DNA of 64,000 nt from Macrostomum lignano (GCA_002269645.1 NIVC01001279.1:186001-250000), one strand, 5' to 3'. Numbered from the stretch's first letter, positions 35,092 to 47,632 are shown. Program-made: numbers and translations. Notes: a model not told the origin generated them from the letters alone.

Positions 35092-36379
35092 ATTAGTGTA
35101 GTTTGCACGAAAACTATTCTTTCACGCGTTTAAATTGTAAATGCGCGCTTTTTAACAGTGAAACAAAAACTAAAAATTTAATTCAGTATTATACGGCAAA
35201 AGTTTATATACGAACAATAAATTATTGTCAGTGAGTTTTCAACTTGACTTTTTTCGCTGTTGGTGTTTATTCTTTATCGTAAAAGAGTTCTGTTCTGTTC
35301 CGTTCTGTTATGTTCATTTTCTGCTCTATTCTCGTGGGCTGAGAGAGACTAGGCTAGTGCTTCTTTCAGCAGAAATAGAAAAATAGACTAGACTGATTTA
35401 ATTGCCCTCATATGCCTAAATAAAATTCCACCCCCGCCCTAAAAAATTGTACTAATACCATGTGTCGCGTTCTGTATAAAATTAAAGGCGCTTGATCAGA
35501 AAGTCCGGGAATGTTCAATACTTTATGGCTACACATATACGACCATTGACACTCAATACTAGGATTGAGATACATGTATTCTTTCACTGGTACACTGATC
35601 CTAAAAATGGCTCTGCCTGTTTTGGAGTGCGCATCTAATTTATCAGACGAATTGTCTCGCACACCCAAGCAAAAAAAAAATTAGCATTTGAAGTCATTGC
35701 CATTCGCACAGGAACTCTATTGAGCTTGTGGAGCTATGTGTAAAGATCGTCAAGGGTAGAAAAATACGCTCCATAATTCTTTGTTTTCAGAGAACTACAT
35801 GTATGCTGATTTAATGCTGAGGTCTAAATGTACATGTACAGTTTGGGGCCACGGGAAGAAGCAAGCAATCTATTAAATCACCCGCGGAAAATCTAGCACT
35901 ATCTAAGATAGCTCATTAATTTTTTGTCCCCATACCCCTCCACTGTTCCCCACCACATCCCCGCCCAATGATGAATCCTCCATGACAAGCCTCTAAAGCG
36001 GCCACAAAATACAAGACAAACAAGAAAAACATTTACATACGTTGAAATCAAGTTATTTCAATTAAGTGAACTGAATTAAAATTGTTCTGTTGTGGAATTA
36101 ACGAACGCAGAAACAAGATAGATAATTATCCGGGCGCTCAGTGGCACCAAAAGAAGGGCTTGGCCAATAGGAGGGCGGCTCGTATATTTATGCACGCGGG
36201 GAAGGAAAGTTCTAGAAAGACCGGGGAAGGAAACTTCTGGAACTATGCGTAAACAAGTCCGCGGTGGAAGTTTCTAGAAACGCTGTCCCCGAACTACCCC
36301 TACGCATCGCATGCCTTTGCAATACACAACATTCTTCCCCTCCTTCAAGGAGTCCAACAGTCCCCAAGCTTCACTTTAA

Positions 36380-37120
36380 TCAGTCCCAGCGGCAGTTCAT
36401 GAAGCGTATCGGCGGGTGCCTGGCTCGCTCAGATCGGCGGGGCGCTGCTGTTCTTGCCGGAGGCTCCGCCGCCGGTGCCGCCGGTGCCGCCGGTGCCGCC
36501 GTGCCGGCTCCGGTCGTTGGCGCCGAGTCCACCAGTGGGTCGAACCGCTCTCTCGGCTGCGCCGGGTGCGGTGTTCGGATCAGCCGCTGCTGGTTCCATC
36601 TGGTGCCGTCGCTGAGCTCGACCGCGTGGTGTCCCGCCTGACGGAGCACTTGTAGTGGCCGTGAGAGGCGGGTACCCAGCTTGCCCTTCTTGGTGGGCCG
36701 TCGGATTCTCACCCAATCGCCGGGGTGGAACGTCTCGGGGCGGGCCCTTCGTCTGGCATCGGTGTAGGCCTTGATCCGCTGCTGCCGCGCCTCGATTTGC
36801 TGCCGCAGTGCCTGAGGCGTCGCCTCGGTCGTTGTCATTCCCCCTCCGGGAGACAGCATGGTGATCGCGGTGCGCCACTTCCGACCCAGCATGAGCTCGG
36901 CCGGTGACTTGCCCGTCAGGCTGTGCTTGGAGCTCCGGTAGGCAGACAAGAAGTTGGTCACGGCGTCTTGAAACGGCCTGTTCTCCGCCATGGCCGCTCT
37001 GATGCTGGCGAGTAGCGACCGATTGAGACGCTCCGTCTGGCCGTTGGTCTGCGGATGGTAGAGGCTGGTCTTGACGTGCCGGATGCCCTGCTCGGCCAGG
37101 AAGTCCGAGAACTCGCTCGA
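36380..37120 (-). pseudogene. C-terminal remnant of the integrase
   Basis: SSEFSDFLAEQGIRHVKTSLYHPQTNGQTERLN...AYRSSKHSLTGKSPAELMLGR...GDWVRI; the catalytic Glu is retained, but the HHCC domain and both Asp residues are missing; out of frame with gag-pro. Confidence 0.9.
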
Positions 37121-38501
37121 TGATGCCGTCCTTCTCTATCTTGTCGAGTTCGGCACCGACCTGCTCCTGTCGCATGAGGGGCAGGCGGCGGAGTGGCTGC
37201 TGGACGGGTCGCGCTGCTGGGTCGACCTTGGGCTGGTGCACAGCGCCGGCGCAGCATCCTATCGCACCGCTGAAGGTCGTTGGGTACCGCGCCTGCAAGT
37301 CCGCCGTCAAGTCGCTGACCTCCGCGATTCCGGGTGGCTGCCCGCTAAGGTCGACTCGGAAGCCCAGCTTCTCCATCAGGTCTCTACCGACGATGTTGTC
37401 GCCGCCTGGCGCAACGAAGAACCGGTGCTGCATCGCCTTGTCGCCGTAGCGCACCTTCAGCTCGGTGACACCACTTAGCTGGATCGGCAGTCCACCGTAG
37501 GCACGCAGCTTCGTCGTAGTGGGAGAGGTGACTGCACCTGAGATCCGGTCGGCGGTCTGTCGGGACAGCAGCGACACCCTTGCGCCGCAGTCCACCATCA
37601 GGCTGACAGCGGTCCTGTCCGGTCCGAGTTCCAGCGTCGCCCGGACCTCCCTGTCGCCACCCGGCACTGCGTAGACTGTGATCACCTCGTCCGCGGCATT
37701 GACAGCAGCCTGCTGGCTGCGACAGCAACTCCGGAAGTGGTTCTTCTTGCCACAGGCGTCGCATGTCTTGCCCTTGGCCGGACAGGGGGTCGTCGGTCCG
37801 TGGTCTCGCCCACAGCGTGTGCAGGCGCCGCCGGGTTTGGCCGTCCTGCCAGCTGGTGCTGGGCGGTGCCTCCCCTTTGCAGCGACCTTCTGGCCCCTCG
37901 GCTGTCGGATCGATTGGACGGCTGCCGTGCTCGAGATTGATGGCGCCATCGCCTTGGCTTCTTTGGAGGCTTCCTCGATGGAGACCGCGATGCTGAGCGC
38001 TTTCGCCAGGTTGAGGTCCTCCACCTTCTCCGTCAGCAGCCTCTCTCGGATTCTGGGGTTACTGGTCTTCTCAGCCAGCTGGTCTCTGATGAGATCGTCC
38101 TGTATCGCGCCGTAGTTGCACAGCTCCGTCAGCTCCCTCAGGGCTGCCACGAAGGTCTTGACGTCCTCGCCGGGTAGCTGCTGGCGCTGGCGGAAGCGAT
38201 ATCTGGCTACCATCACGTTGGGCTTCTCGCCGAAGATCTTCTCGAGCTCCGCCTTAGTTGCTGCGAACGTGTCGTTCTCCTTGATTGCTTGGCGTGCTCG
38301 AGCAACCCGCTGACCTTCAAATCCAAGCAGATGGAGCAGAAGGCTCCTCTTCAGCGGTTTCGCCTCTTCCTTCCCTTCGGGCTCCTTGAATTGGGCCGCC
38401 TCGTAATAAAATTCAAAGGCCTCAATCCATCGGCTCCATGGTACTGTCGGTGATCCGCAGTTCGCCAGGAAGGGCGTGGGTGCAGGGATGCTAGCCGCCA
38501 T
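37111..38501 (-). CDS. Gag, aspartic protease and first residues of RT of the Gypsy element (~463 aa before the deletion junction)
   Basis: ATG at 38501 overlaps the PBS; CX2CX3-4HX4-5C knuckles (CTRCGRDH..C, CDACGKKNHFRSCC); protease LMVDCGARVS; RT start PLRRLP...ELDKIEKDGIIERV. Confidence 0.92.
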
Positions 38502-39767
38502 CCTCGTCGCCAATGTTCTGTTGTGGAATTAACGAACGCAGAAACAAGATAGATAATTATCCGGGCGCTCAGTGGCACCAAAAGAAGGGCTTGGCCAATA
38601 GGAGGGCGGCTCGTATATTTATGCACGCGGGGAAGGAAAGTTCTAGAAAGACCGGGGAAGGAAACTTCTGGAACTATGCGTAAACAAGTCCGCGGTGGAA
38701 GTTTCTAGAAACGCTGTCCCCGAACTACCCCTACGCATCGCATGCCTTTGCAATACACAACAAAAATTACTTAATTTGCATTAGCATTCAATCACAATTT
38801 TACGACAAAGTCAATGGAGCGCTAATTGTCGATGTCATAGAGAGAACCATGTCTCTGTATCGAACTAGTTTCGGAGCTATTCAAAGCGATTTTTTGCCAA
38901 TTCTAGTGTATTTATAGATAGGAAAAGTCCAAGAAATGTAACTTGCATTTGCCAAACTGTATCGTTGAAGATTTGGCTTCATAATCTTGAGTTCGAGCCG
39001 ACAAATTGATCAGGTCTTTAACCCCAAGACTGCAGGGCAGGCCAAGCCGCAAACTGTGTCTATGGCATGAACTCATCAGCGCAGTCTAGGGGTTAATCTA
39101 AGAACATCCACCCCGGATCCAGGCGAGCCTAATTAAGCATTACTTACGTGACATCCCAACAGAGCGCCACAGGAAGGACCCGAGGACCTCCCTGTCCGTG
39201 ATCATCAAAGAATTAGACCTAAGCAACCGTAAGCCCTCCAGGTAATAAGTAGTCTTCTAAGTATTCTTACGCTCCACGCAGGCCCTTCAAGGATTTGTGG
39301 AATGGGTGACGCCTCAAAGCTGTCATCAAAGCGGTCGAACAAAGGAAAAGCATTAATGCTCAACGAGATTAACAACAGCTTCTGGAAAGAAGCAAGATAG
39401 TAATTTCTATATCAGCTACTTTTGAGCAAACCTTGTACGTGGCGTCAGTAGATAACTAATTATATTTCTCCTTAATTTATAACTCTTTTGTTGGTTAAAA
39501 AGTACAACAGTTACTCGAGGATTACGAGTATAATATTTTCTGCATTTTCATGATCGCGAATGTCTACAGGTAATTAATTTTACGATAGATTTACAGATTT
39601 ACACGTAACCGTACATGCAGCATTGAGGTAAAATGTACACGTCACATGAAAAAACTTAGAATTATAGTAGAATTGAAAGAAAGAAATAAAACATCAAACA
39701 AACCGGTTCAAGAAGAATCTTCCCAAATCTCACACATGCAGCCATACGCTGGTACAGGACATGTAAA

Positions 39768-41178
39768 TCAGAAATTTTTATACGTGTTGTGCAGCCAAAC
39801 TCGATTATCTCTGCGACGCCAGCGCGACAGTTCAGCTGCTGCGGCTGCTTCGGCAGCCCCGCCCGCCTCCTCCGGTATCGACGGCGGAGGCGGAGGAGAC
39901 ATCAGCAGCACCGATCGAGGGCTGTTCGATCGCCCGGCAGTGGGGCGACCGTCCGGCGAACCCAGCAACAGGAAGTTGTCCGAGTGACGCGACGGGCGCA
40001 GCTCCCTAGTGAACTCTTCCTCGTCGACCAGATTGTCTAGCGAATAGTCTCCTGTCACGGGGTCGATGTCGCTCATTCTGGACATAGAATAACTACTAGC
40101 TCCTGCAGTCTCGGCGCTGATCAAACGATGTCGGCTTGCATGCAGGCTCTGCTTCGAATGCTGATTTTCCGACTTGCGATACCGATCCGACGCGATGTCA
40201 TGAATATCGTCAATGATTTTTTCTATGTCAACCAATTCAACTGGATAGGCAACGCCGCGTCTAGCTGGCGGTTCGTCTAGCTGAAGAAGCAACAGCTGGT
40301 GCTGCCTCCGACCCATTGGATCGCCGGCAGTGTGACCCGCACCGCCGACGGGCTGGCTCGCGAGATTCTGCTCTGACCGACTGCGGAGCAGCTCTCCTGA
40401 CATTGCCGCCGGCAGACGCTGTTGTTTCTGCTGCGGTTGCCGATGCTGCTGAGGGGCGCGCCTTCCTCGGCGCTCTGCCGAGCCCCGATTGCCGCCGTAG
40501 AACAGAGCGTCTTTGAGCTCTCTTAGCTCGCCCAACAGATTTGAAAGTGACCGACCTGTACGAGAACCGCTGCCTAGCGAATCTTCGGTGGTGGCTGTCA
40601 GAGGCGGCGGTGGGGTGACCATGTTCTCAAGGTATCGCCGGACAGTCTCCTCTTTGGGTAGCGATTCGAGTGTAGTGACTGCCTGTCTCGAGATTGCATC
40701 TTCGGCCGCCTCTTTCCTAGCAGGTGGACGCCCGTCCTCGTCGAATGGGTCGACGCCGCGAGCCGGTGGTCGCGACATCATCAGTCTATGATTGATGACA
40801 ATCGGCTGCGGTATGACCTCAATGATTTCCGTCCCGCTCCGACTGCTCGAGGCCATCGAGCGATCTGTCCGGCGTCGGAAGCGGCCGCCGCCTCCACCGC
40901 GTTGAAGCTGATCGCGGTCTGACAGTTGCTCTCGTTCCGGTGGAAACTGAAAACTGCTGCCGGCAGCTTTCAGGGGCACTGCCGGGGACGCTTCAAACTC
41001 TTCTTCGTCGCTGGACCCGGCCAGGCTCTGGCTGGGCTCCAGGGCCGCGAACGCCGGATCTCCGTCGGGTTCCGCTTGACGTTCGCGACTATCGAGTAGC
41101 TCGCGATATTCTCCGACGCTGATAGCCTCGTTGCTTTTTGTTTGATCAACTGAGAGAAGTTTTCGCAGCAGGTTGGTT
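39768..41178 (-). CDS. Terminal exon 7 of the CRAL-TRIO/spectrin-repeat gene (long low-complexity tail)
   Basis: CCCACAG acceptor, phase 2 compatible with exon 6; 469 codons to the stop at 39770-39768. Confidence 0.82.
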
Positions 41179-41266
41179 CTGTGGGTTGGATTCATGCACG
41201 GGCATAGTATAAGTTTTTGTAAGGGAATAAAAAAAACTGGTTCTCCTATGATTCTATTCGGGATAT

Positions 41267-41393
41267 GTGCGACCGACAGCTCGGCCGCAGCTATTGTGCG
41301 GCGCATCTGAAGGCTGCTTACGGTTGTTCATTCTAAGGACCGGGGGGTCGCCACACACCCTCAATTACCCCCAGCTAATATTAGTACCCATTT
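41267..41393 (-). mobile_element. Truncated copy of the SINE at 18857-19177, intronic
   Basis: Near match to about 18907-19035 (GTGCGACCGACAGCTCGGCCGCAGCTATTG...CCCTCAATTACCCC). Confidence 0.85.
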
Positions 41394-41543
41394 GACCCAA
41401 AAATTACCCAAAAAGTACCCAAAAACAGGTACCTTCACAGTCATACACTAAACTAAACACCATCGAAGTAGGTTCCTCAGCCTGCTTTGATTGTTATTAC
41501 TGCTTCTTAACAGCGCTATCTGCTGCTCTAGAAATCTCCGCAC

Positions 41544-41785
41544 CTGTACAATAGCAGCTGAGCTTCCTGACGAATCTCGGAATTGTCAATCAGTGCCATG
41601 GACTCCGTAATGTCGTCAACTTGCGCACTGGTTGGGCATGGATGCTGCTTTAGAAAGGCTTTCGCTACTGGAGGCCATTTGCTGGCTATTGGTAGCGAAT
41701 CGCTTGCTTGCAAACGGCTGTGACTCGCTGGCCGCAGCAGATCCAGAGGCAGCCTACGCATGCAGCGACGGTACCATTTCAGCAT
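41544..41785 (-). CDS. Exon 6 of the CRAL-TRIO/spectrin gene
   Basis: TTCCAG acceptor; begins MLKWYRR; AG|GTGCGG donor, 242 bp, phase 0/2. Confidence 0.8.
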
Positions 41786-41956
41786 CTGGAATTGATTGCG
41801 AATTTTATTTCTCGAGTTTTTAAGCTCGCTTTCAAAGCTTTTGAATTTGAATCGTAATTATATTGAAACAAGTTGTAGAAACTGGAAGCCTGGAAGCCTG
41901 GGGCTAGCCACATCAACCAAAGTAGAGAATAAAACATGCCACTGGCTAGCGTCTGA

Positions 41957-42278
41957 CCCGTAAAGCAATCCGACGTTGGTGACGACGTATAGCTATCCGT
42001 CGATGTAAATTTAAAAGTACATACTTTTTCAGAGACGTCGATAGACGTCGGTGTAATGTAAAAGTATACGTATTTTTTACAGCGCGTTGCGTCTGTGCTT
42101 CTGTTCTACAGCGACGTATAACGACGTCATACTTTAAGTAAACGTCGGTGTAATTTAAAATTGCATATTAAATCGATGGGTGATGACGTCATATGTCGGC
42201 TGAACGTCGGTGCAATATAAAAGTACATATTTGTCATCGACATCAATAGACACCGGGAACGTCGAATTGCTCTACAAG
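41957..42278. mobile_element. Decayed MITE with internal ACGTCGGTGTAAT-type subrepeats
   Basis: 21-bp TIRs (17/21, all mismatches transitions); four imperfect internal repeats; no clear TSD. Confidence 0.5.
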
Positions 42279-42396
42279 CATCATTGACATTTCTCTATTT
42301 AACGTATGCAGTGGAGGCGAGGAGGCGTGGTGACGCACGCAGTGGAGGCGAGGTGCTCTAAGCAAATATAAGTCCGATGTCTACACAGCGCCTTAC

Positions 42397-42621
42397 CTCT
42401 GCGCAGCCGCCGAAGAAGGCGCAAATCCTGATCAGCTGTTCGCTAGTCAATTTTATCCGCTCGTTGAAATTCTTCAGTTTGGCTTCCAATTCGTCGGCAA
42501 GTTGCGCCGCTTCGTGCGGCTCGCCGCCGACCCCGCTGGGCGGTAGTGCTGCCACCAATCGGCGAAGTCTGCCAGTCAGAGTGCGGCATTCGGCAAGTTT
42601 AGAAGCAGACGGTTCCAGCAC
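42397..42621 (-). CDS. Exon 5 of the CRAL-TRIO/spectrin gene (spectrin-like helix)
   Basis: CCACAG acceptor, GTAAGG donor, 225 bp, phase 0/0; ELEAKLKNFNERIKLTSEQL. Confidence 0.85.
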
Positions 42622-43105
42622 CTGTGGCAACGATATCAACAGGGAATATATGTGCATGTAGATAAAAGAGAATCAAATCGTTTTTTGGAACGGGGGAAAT
42701 ATTGCGTTGTGAGCGAATAAAACAACTGACAATTTTAAGTAACCGAATAATGCGATCTCGTAGACACAAATTCGAAATCAATCTGTCAAGGCTCATGCTT
42801 GCTGGAAATTGCTGAGTTGCCAAGGGTCAATTAGGAGCTTTTGGTAGCCCAAGCATCAAAGGAAGAATTATAGTTAAGCCATAGCTTCAATACCAAAGCT
42901 CACAGGGGGTGCTGATATCTTAGGCTAGGGCTTTCAGGGCAGATGCCTTTTTGCTTTAGACATCATTGTCCTTAAGAAACTAGCACAATGACTGTACATG
43001 CATAAGGTCAAAAGCTACATGCAGTGTCCATGAGTTGTTGGAACATGCGCAGAGAAACAGGTAGCATAGATGCAAGGAAATTCTTGATTTAATTAATATT
43101 GATGA

Positions 43106-43361
43106 TGAGGCGGAAGGCCTTTTGTTTCAATAGATGGAATGGCAGCGAAGATTTTGCACTGCATTGCGCGTATATTTATACAAGTGAAAACAGCGCGAGA
43201 TTATTCGGCCAAGGGAGGTGCGCACATGTGGCGTGGCGTGATTGGCTACGCCAACCCCCCTGGCTTAGCGCCGCCACCCCACCTCAGCTGGACAGAGGTT
43301 GGCGGGGGGGTTTCCAGTGCGGCTGCACTGGTGCTGCCGGTCGCGGAGTCTGGCCGCCACA
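43106..43361 (-). mobile_element. Solo LTR of the TRIM-like family, intronic
   Basis: TG...CA; homologous to 22848-23122; 4-bp TSD ATGA at 43102-43105 and 43362-43365. Confidence 0.88.
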
Positions 43362-43427
43362 ATGAGTAATATTATCATTAGCTAAAACAGCTTTGAGAGA
43401 CGCATTAGGCCAGATAGATAACGTTAC

Positions 43428-43961
43428 CTGTATCCGCATTTTCTCTCTGGCATCCTCGGCCATTTGTTGATTTGCAATTGAACGAGTGTCCACTCTCTTG
43501 GCCACCTCCTTGCTCCATCGATCCAGCCAGTCGCCCAGCTCGAGGACGGACCTTCTGTAGTCTCCCAATCGACCATCAACCAACAAGCCGGCTTCAGCCT
43601 GCTTCCACTTATCTTGCAGCAGCTGGCGCAGTTCGTCGAGTTTAGCCTGTAATCTTTCCAGCCGTTCGATATACGGCCGAAGCAAACTGTTCCCAGCGAG
43701 AGCTCTCGTCTCCGGGTGATTCGCTGGCTCCTTGCAGGCTGCCAGTAGCTGAGCCACTCTCTCCGAAGTTGCTTCCAAGCCGAGCGACGCCGTGACCCGC
43801 TGGAATTGGTCCTGCATGCCGTGCGCGGACTCTTGTAGCGAGGCCTCACCGGCCTCGCCGCCATTCTCCGACTGATTGTCTTTCAATCTGGCCAGGCTGT
43901 CCACAGCTGCCGGGGCCCGGTCCGCGATGTCGGTCACCTCGGCTAGCAGAGTGTCGAATTG
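43428..43961 (-). CDS. Exon 4 of the CRAL-TRIO/spectrin gene (spectrin repeats)
   Basis: TTTGCAG acceptor, GTAACG donor, 534 bp, phase 0/0; helical heptads with spectrin-type W (DKWKQ, LGDWLDRW). Confidence 0.87.
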
Positions 43962-45194
43962 CTGCAAATAATTAATTAGAAGTGAAAGTTAATTCGTATC
44001 AACATATGTCACAAATGAGGGGATCACAGCTCAAATCCATTTTTAAACGGATCCCGGAGTTTCTCGAAAAGCTTTGGACGTTGTATTGATTAATTGGTTA
44101 GAAAAGTTTTGGGCACTGCTTCGAGAATTTTAGCTGCTTTTCGTGCGATTCACTTCCAGGGCCAACCCCCTAGGTACAGAGAGTGTACACGCCTGTTGAA
44201 TAGAAAGTCAAGGTAGCTGTGCACCCTGTGTGAGTGCGTGTCTGTGTACAGTATTGAGGCGCTTGCGTGTGCTCAGGAGTCAGCGCAATGGACAGCATCG
44301 GTTGTGGGGCGATGTCGCCGAATTGACGTTGCGCCAGGGTGGCCCGCAGCCCTACTGCAGGTAAAAAAAATCAATGAAAATTTGCTGGCGATTCCGCAAC
44401 CTGACGGTGTCACTTCCGTGACTCCACGGACCCGATGCTGCAGTGCTGTCTTGCATCCGCTAGATGCACTTCAAGCAGAAAAAAGACTTTTTGGATATAT
44501 ACCAGGTAGCTAGACCTACTTTTTCATGGAATTTACTTCAGGTCCCCAGTGCAGTACTTTAACACATACATTCGATATTGACTTAAACTTTAGATATGGG
44601 AAAAAGCAGGAAATATCCCAGAACTGATAGAGTCAATCTTTGACTTTGCGAGTTGGTTTTGTTTGAATAGAGTGTCAGAAACTCCCCAGCCCTCGTCAGT
44701 TAACTGTAAATTTTGACAGGCGCTCAGTTTTACTAATAAAACCATGCACTTAGGACTTCCTACTTGACTCACTCTGCGCAGAAATAGTTCTCACTTTAAA
44801 CCCCACGAGAGGAAGGGAACACGTCTCGTAGAAGCCAACTAAAGTCTGGTCTCCAACAGCTGAAAAGTTTCTACAGAACGATATTTCTTCAGGCTGGGCA
44901 TTAGAAACTCAGTAGCTATATTATATTGCACTTGCTTCACTTGCATGACGCACGCCTGTTTAAATATAGACTTTTTCTATACTGAGAGTAGCTAGTGAAA
45001 AAAGCTGTAGTACTGCTTCTCGTTGTAGTTAGGACGTATATGCAATAAAATTTTTAACAGCTTGTAAGAAACTGCATAATGAGGCACACGCGTCTATTAG
45101 AAAAACTTGTAATATGTCTGCTTAATTTTTGTGCTGTTACATAAGTAGCATCTGAGGCGTAATCAGGATTCCTTATATAGGGGCGTCTTTGGCT

Positions 45195-46236
45195 TTAGCA
45201 TCAGGGACTTTAGCACCAGGGGCTTTTAGCAACAAGGGGCTTTAGCACAAGGGCCTTATCATCAGGGCCTTTTAGCAACAAGGGGCTTTAGCGCATCAGG
45301 GGCTTTTAGCACAAGGGGCTTTAGCGCATCAGGGGCTTTAACATCAGGGGCTTTAGCATCAGGTGCTTTTAGCACAAGGGGCTTTTGCCATACGGGGCTT
45401 TAGCACCAGGGGCTTTAGCACCAGGGGCTTTTACCATACGGGGCTTTAGCACCAGGGGCTTTAGCACCAGGGGCTTTAGCACCAGGGGCTTTAGCACCAG
45501 GGGCTTTAGCATCAGGCCAACAGGGGCTTTAGCAACAGGAGGTTTAGCACAAGGGTCTTTAGCACCAGGGGCTTTAGCCTCAGGGGCTTTAGCACCAGGA
45601 GCTTTTAGCAACAGGAGGTTTAGCACAAGGGCCTTTAGCAACAGGGGCTTTAGCAACAGGAGGTTTAGCACAAGGGCCTTTAGCACCAGGGGCTCTAGCA
45701 TCAGGGGCTTTAGCAACAGGGACTTTAGCACAAGAGCCTTTAGCACCAGGAGCTTTAGCATCAGGGGCTTTAGCACCTGATAGCCTTTAGCATCAGGGGC
45801 TTTAGCACCTGATAGCCTTTAGCATCAGGGGCTTTAGCACCTGATAGCCTTTAGCATCAGGGGCTTTAGCACCTGATAGCCTTTAGCAACAGGGGCTTTA
45901 GCAACAGGAGGTTTAGCACAAGGGCCTTTAGCAACAGGGGCTCTAGAATCAGGGGCTTTAGCACCAGGAGTCTTTAGCAACAGGAGGTTTAGCACAAGGG
46001 CCTTTAGCAACAGGGGCTTTAGCAACAGGAGGTTTAGCACAAGGGCCTTTAGCAACAGGGGCTTTAGCAACAGGAGGTTTAGCACAAGGGCCTTTAGCAC
46101 CAGGGGCTTTATCAACAGGGACTTTAGCACAAGAGCCTTTAGCACCAGGAGCTTTAGCATCAGGGGCTTTAGCACCAGGAGTCTTTAGCAACATGAGGTT
46201 TAGCACAAGGGCCTTTTGCATCAGGGGCTTTAGCAA
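45195..46236. repeat. 15-16-bp minisatellite (CAGGGGCTTTAGCAC and variants), intronic
   Basis: Tandem units visible; includes a 32-bp sub-array at about 45777-45890 and a block repeat (45601-45775 vs about 45971-46170). Confidence 0.93.
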
Positions 46237-46297
46237 GGAGACGCCCAACCCTGATCAATATTAAAAACGCAATGGACGTATGCAGATCATGCCTCAC

Positions 46298-46414
46298 AGT
46301 TCTCAGCTTCATCCAGGCCTGGTGATCATAGTTTAACGAGCCGCCAAAGTCCGGCATCAGGTTGGCTTTGCTGACAAACTGATAAAGCTCTTGTGAGCTT
46401 GGCAACAATACGCT
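46298..46414 (-). CDS. Exon 3 of the CRAL-TRIO/spectrin gene (end of the CRAL-TRIO-like domain)
   Basis: TTTCAG acceptor, GTGAGG donor, 117 bp; SQELYQFVSKANLMPDFGGSLNYDHQAW fits the L..FI...QL..E.GG.L.Y.H..W motif of Trio/MCF2L/SESTD1/PLEKHG4-type Sec14 domains. Confidence 0.9.
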
Positions 46415-46508
46415 CTGAAAGTTTTCGAAAGTTTTAGATCTGATTAATTCGCTGCCCAGTTATCAAAGGATCATCAAAGATCTCTGTATGATTTACGAGC
46501 TAACAAAC

Positions 46509-46664
46509 CTGAAAAGACCTGGCATTCGGATCTGGTGCCGACTTTCTGGTAGGCAGCAAAGTTTTCTTCTGGTAGAGACCGAGCATCTTTTGAAGACTCT
46601 TGGCGAGCTCCTTGCTTTTTGGCATCAGAGCGTAGAACACGGCGACGCTGCCAGGTGAACGAGA
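46509..46664 (-). CDS. Exon 2 of the CRAL-TRIO/spectrin gene
   Basis: TTGCAG acceptor, GT donor at 46508, 156 bp, phase 0/0; 94-bp intron to exon 3. Confidence 0.82.
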
Positions 46665-47311
46665 CTGCAATTTATGGCAAAAATAGAGAAGTAATTTCAC
46701 TATCGTTTCAGCTGTTGAAGTGGGAGTGGCAGAATATTTTCAAAAGGAAATTGATTTGATGAAACATCAACATCGTCCCACAACCATGGTCTCACGACAA
46801 GCCGCAGGTCAATTTTAGTGCACACAAATGAATTTAAAGCCCCAAATAAATGCCACGTGAGCTTGCAACGATAGTTCATCTATACTAAAGATTGCCGAAT
46901 GGAGAGCTATATTTCTCTATTTGGCTTTTGTTTTGGCTATACCTTTTGTCATTTTTTATTGTTAAACTCCACCTGGCTGGACAAGGTACAAAGTCATGAA
47001 GCTTGGCTCACTCAGAAAAGCACACCGGAAGTGAGAAAATTGAATCATTTTTGTCACACTTTGATTTTTTTGCTTTGTTCAACTGCAGAGCCTGACAAAC
47101 AAAGTCGCACAGAAAATGCTTTTGAGCAGCTCTGATATGTGTTGATCTTTGATTGAATATTTTTGACTCAGATATGTGCGATAACTAGACGTGTGCCACC
47201 CTTGACTTTCCCAGAAAATCACCTTAAAGTAGTTTATTGATTTTAACTGCCTTACAATTACAACATTACCCTAAATAACCCAAAATACTGGTACCACCTT
47301 AAATAAAACCG

Positions 47312-47632
47312 AAAATGTCACCAAAGCTACCTAAAATATCACCCTAAACTACCCGAAAATGTCACCAAAGCTACCTAAAATATCACCCTAAACTACCCGA
47401 AAATGTCACCAAAGCTACCTAAAATATCACCCTAAACTACCCGAAAATGTCACCAAAGCTACCTAAAATATCACCCTAAACTACCCGAAAATGTCACCAA
47501 AGCTACCTAAAATATCACCCTAAACTACCCGAAAATGTCACCAAAGCTACCTAAAATATCACCCTAAACTACCCGAAAATGTCACCAAAGCTACCTAAAA
47601 TATCACCCTAAACTACCCGAAAATGCCACCAA
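47312..47632. repeat. 44-bp tandem repeat made of two related 22-bp halves, about 7 copies
   Basis: Unit AAATGTCACCAAAGCTACCTAAAATATCACCCTAAACTACCCGA (period 47401 to 47445). Confidence 0.95.

Larger units (their letters stand above)
36083..38762 (-). mobile_element. Ty3/Gypsy (Mag-like) LTR retrotransposon, internally deleted and non-autonomous
   Basis: Identical 249-bp TG...CA LTRs (36083-36331, 38514-38762); 5-bp TSD AAAAT; PBS TGGCGACGAGGATGG (38512-38498) complementary to the tRNA-Ser(GCU) 3' end; PPT GAAGGAGGGGAAGAA (36346-36332). Confidence 0.97.

Noticed and set aside
36429-37110. C-terminal ~230 aa of the 694-aa ORF as a real domain
   Set aside because: It is the out-of-frame reading of the integrase remnant after the deletion junction
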